64,000 bases of DNA from an uncultured Candidatus Bathyarchaeia archaeon (GTDB lineage Archaea > Thermoproteota > Bathyarchaeia > RBG-16-48-13 > CAYPFQ01): NCBI GenBank assembly GCA_964473665.1, contig CAYYPV010000008.1, positions 607 to 64,606 of the forward strand, given 5' to 3'. Made by a program: the position numbers and the translations under genes. Below, in pieces: positions 60,963 through 64,000 of the stretch. Positions within the stretch are counted from its first letter, which is position 1. Each line of letters opens with the position of its first letter. Below the pieces are notes generated by a model. It did no database searches. It saw only the letters and a program-made list of their open reading frames with translations, and was not told the DNA's origin.

Positions 60963-61709
60963 ATGGAAAAAATTAACGGCAAGGATTTAAGGCTTAGACT
61001 GAAAGAGTGGTCTTCTCTACTGGTGAATGACCTTAGGTATGATCCGCAAGCCAAGCGATCTGTTTTTCTAGGAATAGTAGCAGGAATTGCCACATGGTTC
61101 TGGACCATAATCCTAAATTTATATACATTAGATCCAGCCAAAACTTATACTAGTTTTATCAATTCAATAGATAGCGGAATAGAAGTAATCACACTGCAAA
61201 AGTTATCAAACCCCGCAACAGACTATTTCTTCACTTATTTTTACTTGTTCGCCGGATTCATCGTGATATTCACACTTTCTGCATTAATAATTAGTAGAAG
61301 ATGGAAGGATGTGGGCAGGCTGTCTCTGTGTTCTATTTTAATTCTGGTTCCAGCCTTTATTGCGCCTCTCTTTTTCCCAGTGGCTCCTCCAAAGTTAGTA
61401 GTAAGAAATGTAATTTCCATTAAGGATAAGATACTACCTTCCAGTGAAAGTCTAATACCCTTAGGATTCAGATACGCCTCTTTTCCATCGCTTCATGTAG
61501 TAGGCGCAACATTTTCCTTGCTGTGCATATATTCGTCCAAAATGGGGAAATCTTACGTGTATTCATGGATAGTTATACTCTTTTTAACATCCCTCTCAAC
61601 AATATTCCTAGGTGAACACTACTTAGTGGATGTAATTGCAGGCTTCTTTGTAGGTGTTGCAATCTGGATGATTGCAGGTAAACTTCAACGTATGGTAAAT
61701 TTAAGATAG
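60963..61709 (+). CDS. PAP2-superfamily membrane protein (Aur1/IPC-synthase-like)
   Basis: FPVAPP, FPSLHV and STIFLGEHYLVD motifs. Confidence 0.82.
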   Translation: MEKINGKDLRLRLKEWSSLLVNDLRYDPQAKRSVFLGIVAGIATWFWTIILNLYTLDPAKTYTSFINSIDSGIEVITLQKLSNPATDYFFTYFYLFAGFIVIFTLSALIISRRWKDVGRLSLCSILILVPAFIAPLFFPVAPPKLVVRNVISIKDKILPSSESLIPLGFRYASFPSLHVVGATFSLLCIYSSKMGKSYVYSWIVILFLTSLSTIFLGEHYLVDVIAGFFVGVAIWMIAGKLQRMVNLR

Positions 61710-62012
61710 AATTTTCGAAATCGCAGTGCAAAAACTCACTAGAAATACTTGGGATAGATGCGCCCGGTTTATTGAATGCAATTTTCAAAACGCTGTTTGC
61801 AGGTATTACGACCTTTTAGACATAGTTATTAAGGGAACTTTAAAGAATGCTGGTCAATTTTGCTTGGAGATATATGGCGAATAGAAAAATGAAAATAGAA
61901 AAAAATTCGTTTATATCTAATGCGTGAAGAAAATAAGCATAAGCTACGCTTAATTATTCGTATTTAAGGAAAAAAATGAAAAAATGATGTTTAACTTGTT
62001 GTGCCTTGTGAT

Positions 62013-62159
62013 TTACTTCTTCTTTGCCTTAGGTTTTACAGGCTTCATTGGTGTGCCGCAACACACAAAGTGGCTTTCAGTAACACATCCGCACGGCTCA
62101 TCAACAGTAACCATAACACCGCACTCTTCACAAGTATATTTGTCACCTTTCTTTGCCAT
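62013..62159 (-). CDS. Desulforedoxin-like Cys-rich mini-protein, 48 aa
   Basis: Translated by hand, absent from the ORF track: MAKKGDKYTCEECGVMVTVDEPCGCVTESHFVCCGTPMKPVKPKAKKK; GGAGGTGA RBS upstream. Confidence 0.8.
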   Translation of the reverse strand: MAKKGDKYTCEECGVMVTVDEPCGCVTESHFVCCGTPMKPVKPKAKKK

Positions 62160-62476
62160 TTAATTCACCTCCCAAATCCTTCTGATTAATAATGCAAAAT
62201 TTTAAGCTTCTAAACTTTACTCTTTCTATTCAATACAGTTTTTAACACTTTGCCTAGATTCAGCTTATAAAAATGCATCATATTTCAGGATAAAAATAAT
62301 TTATTGCGTTCCCTATTATCCTAATAAATTGCAAGCAGCATTATCTTAATAGCTATTTTTCAATATTTTTAATTTCGTAGTAAATAATTTTTTTAGGTAT
62401 TTGATAGAGTGTTTGAACTCGTGCGATGTATGGGAAGCTAATTCTCGTTTTCACGGTATTTGCGTATGTAGAAAAA

Positions 62477-63631
62477 TTACAGGTGAGAGGCAAAAGTATT
62501 TTTAGCTGCTTCTAAGCCTGCTTCCAAATCAACTTGGTGACCGAGATCTATTAGCGACATCCCAATAGCGCGTATTGTAGTGTTCACTTCGGCTTCGGAG
62601 ACTATTCCCATGCTGCCTATTCTGATTACGGTTCCCTTTGTGTTACCCATTCCGCCTGCAACAATGACGCCGTATTTTTCACGCATTTTTTCTCTCCAAT
62701 CTTTGTCAGCAATGCCTTGAGGTATTTTCACAACCAGAACTGTGTTAGATAGATAACGTGGATCCGCGAATAGTTGTAGCCCCATTTTGCGGAATGCGTT
62801 GTAGAAGGCTTCGGCGCATTTTTTATGTCTGTTGATTCTATTCTCAAGTCCTTCTTCTTTCAGCATTTTTAGAGCTTCATCTAACGCGTAGTATATGGGT
62901 AGGGCAGGGGTGAATGGTGTTTCTTCTTTCTCGTGAAATTCTTTGCATTTGGGTAGGCTGAAGTAATATGACGTGCGCTTTACTGCGTGGATTACTTGCC
63001 ATGCTTTTTCGCTTACGGAGACTAAAGCTAAGCCGGGTGGACAGGCCAAACATTTCTGGGTGCCAGTTACACATAAATCAACTTTCCACGCATCAACTGG
63101 TAGATTGTCACCGCATAGAACTGAGACAGCGTCAACGAGAAGAAGCGCATTATGTTTTTCCGCTATTCTTCCAACCTCATCCAAGCCGCGCATCGTAACT
63201 CCGGTTGAAGTTTCATTGTAGACAATTGCAATTGCTCTAACATTCTTCTCGCGTTCAACAGCTTCTCTAATTTGATTTGGCGTAGCAGCTTTACCCAATT
63301 CTACTGGAATTTCTATTGGAATGCCTCCGTAGGTCTCTATTTTCTCCTTGAGACGCTGGCTGAAACCGCCGTTGACAGGAATTACTACTTTATCACCCTG
63401 AGAAATCGTGTTGCTGACGGCGCATTCCACTCCTCCTGTTCCAGAGCTAGTTAATGCAAAAACATGATTCTTAGTTTGAAAAGCATACTGCATACCATCA
63501 TAGAGGCTTCGATAAAGTTGACGGAACTCAGGACCACGATGATTAATCATAGGTCGCTGCATTGCCGCCATTATTCTGTTAGGTACATTCGTGGGACCTG
63601 GTACCATGAGTAAGTTTCCAGTTTTTTGCAC
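62477..63631 (-). CDS. Class V PLP aminotransferase (serine-pyruvate/alanine-glyoxylate family)
   Basis: MVPGPT, SSGTGG, NETSTG, VDAVS, GTQKCLACPPG. Confidence 0.92.
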   Translation of the reverse strand: MQKTGNLLMVPGPTNVPNRIMAAMQRPMINHRGPEFRQLYRSLYDGMQYAFQTKNHVFALTSSGTGGVECAVSNTISQGDKVVIPVNGGFSQRLKEKIETYGGIPIEIPVELGKAATPNQIREAVEREKNVRAIAIVYNETSTGVTMRGLDEVGRIAEKHNALLLVDAVSVLCGDNLPVDAWKVDLCVTGTQKCLACPPGLALVSVSEKAWQVIHAVKRTSYYFSLPKCKEFHEKEETPFTPALPIYYALDEALKMLKEEGLENRINRHKKCAEAFYNAFRKMGLQLFADPRYLSNTVLVVKIPQGIADKDWREKMREKYGVIVAGGMGNTKGTVIRIGSMGIVSEAEVNTTIRAIGMSLIDLGHQVDLEAGLEAAKNTFASHL

Positions 63632-64000
63632 GTAATCATCCTCTTAGAGTATTTTACTTTTAGACATGGATACTTAAAGATTAATTGTAGGTGTGGAAGT
63701 TGATATTGGTTTCATCCAGTTTTTATATATTTTTCGGGTTAATCGAAAAAGCACCTTAAAGCGATAAGCGAGTTATAGAAATAGGGCACTTCCTGTGTGT
63801 ATAGTTCTTCTAAATGATTGAAGGCTTTGTATTTTAGTTTGTATTTTAGTTATTTGCTTTGTTTTTTTATTTAATCTCAATTTTATAGAATGCAAAATGA
63901 GGTCTGACCTGGAACTGTTTATCGAAAATTTAGGGAGTCCTGCGTAAATCATTTAGCGATTTCTAAAGTTTCAATTTCAGCCTTCTTATTAATCGATATG

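Noticed and set aside
62001..62189. 62-aa plus-strand ORF in the track
   Set aside because: It is antisense to the better-supported desulforedoxin-like gene, which has a strong RBS.
63820..63855. Short tandem repeat TTTGTATTTTAGT x2
   Set aside because: Only two low-complexity copies with no spacers; not a CRISPR array or convincing iteron.

Overview
AT-rich, gene-dense archaeal chromosomal DNA. Thermosome, Alba, Rpo6, archaeal CODH/ACS, Mch, tetraether synthase and FtsZ suggest an anaerobic acetogen-like lineage such as Bathyarchaeia; that lineage call is inference from gene content only. Contents in order: (1) tetraether lipid synthase, an unlisted 48-aa RHH regulator and ino1; (2) a Tat-exported, cytochrome b-linked group 1 [NiFe]-hydrogenase operon with divergent hypD; (3) a directly adjacent ~10 kb cluster of ferredoxin, two atypical geranylgeranyl-reductase-family flavoproteins, three paralogous radical SAM enzymes, two UbiA prenyltransferases, a membrane methyltransferase and a signal-peptide-less binding-protein-fold protein. 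This cluster is the best candidate for an undescribed system (a prenylated membrane electron carrier or a modified ether lipid pathway); (4) housekeeping genes including a thermosome gene split by a one-base frameshift; (5) the cdhABCDE-cooC operon followed by citG-like, mch, an NAD(P)-type Mtd and metV-metF, suggesting a hybrid, possibly F420-independent methyl branch; (6) transporters, trxB, serB, an unlisted desulforedoxin-like mini-protein and an aminotransferase. I saw no rRNA, tRNA, CRISPR array or mobile element by eye. All calls come from motif recognition; no database searches were run.
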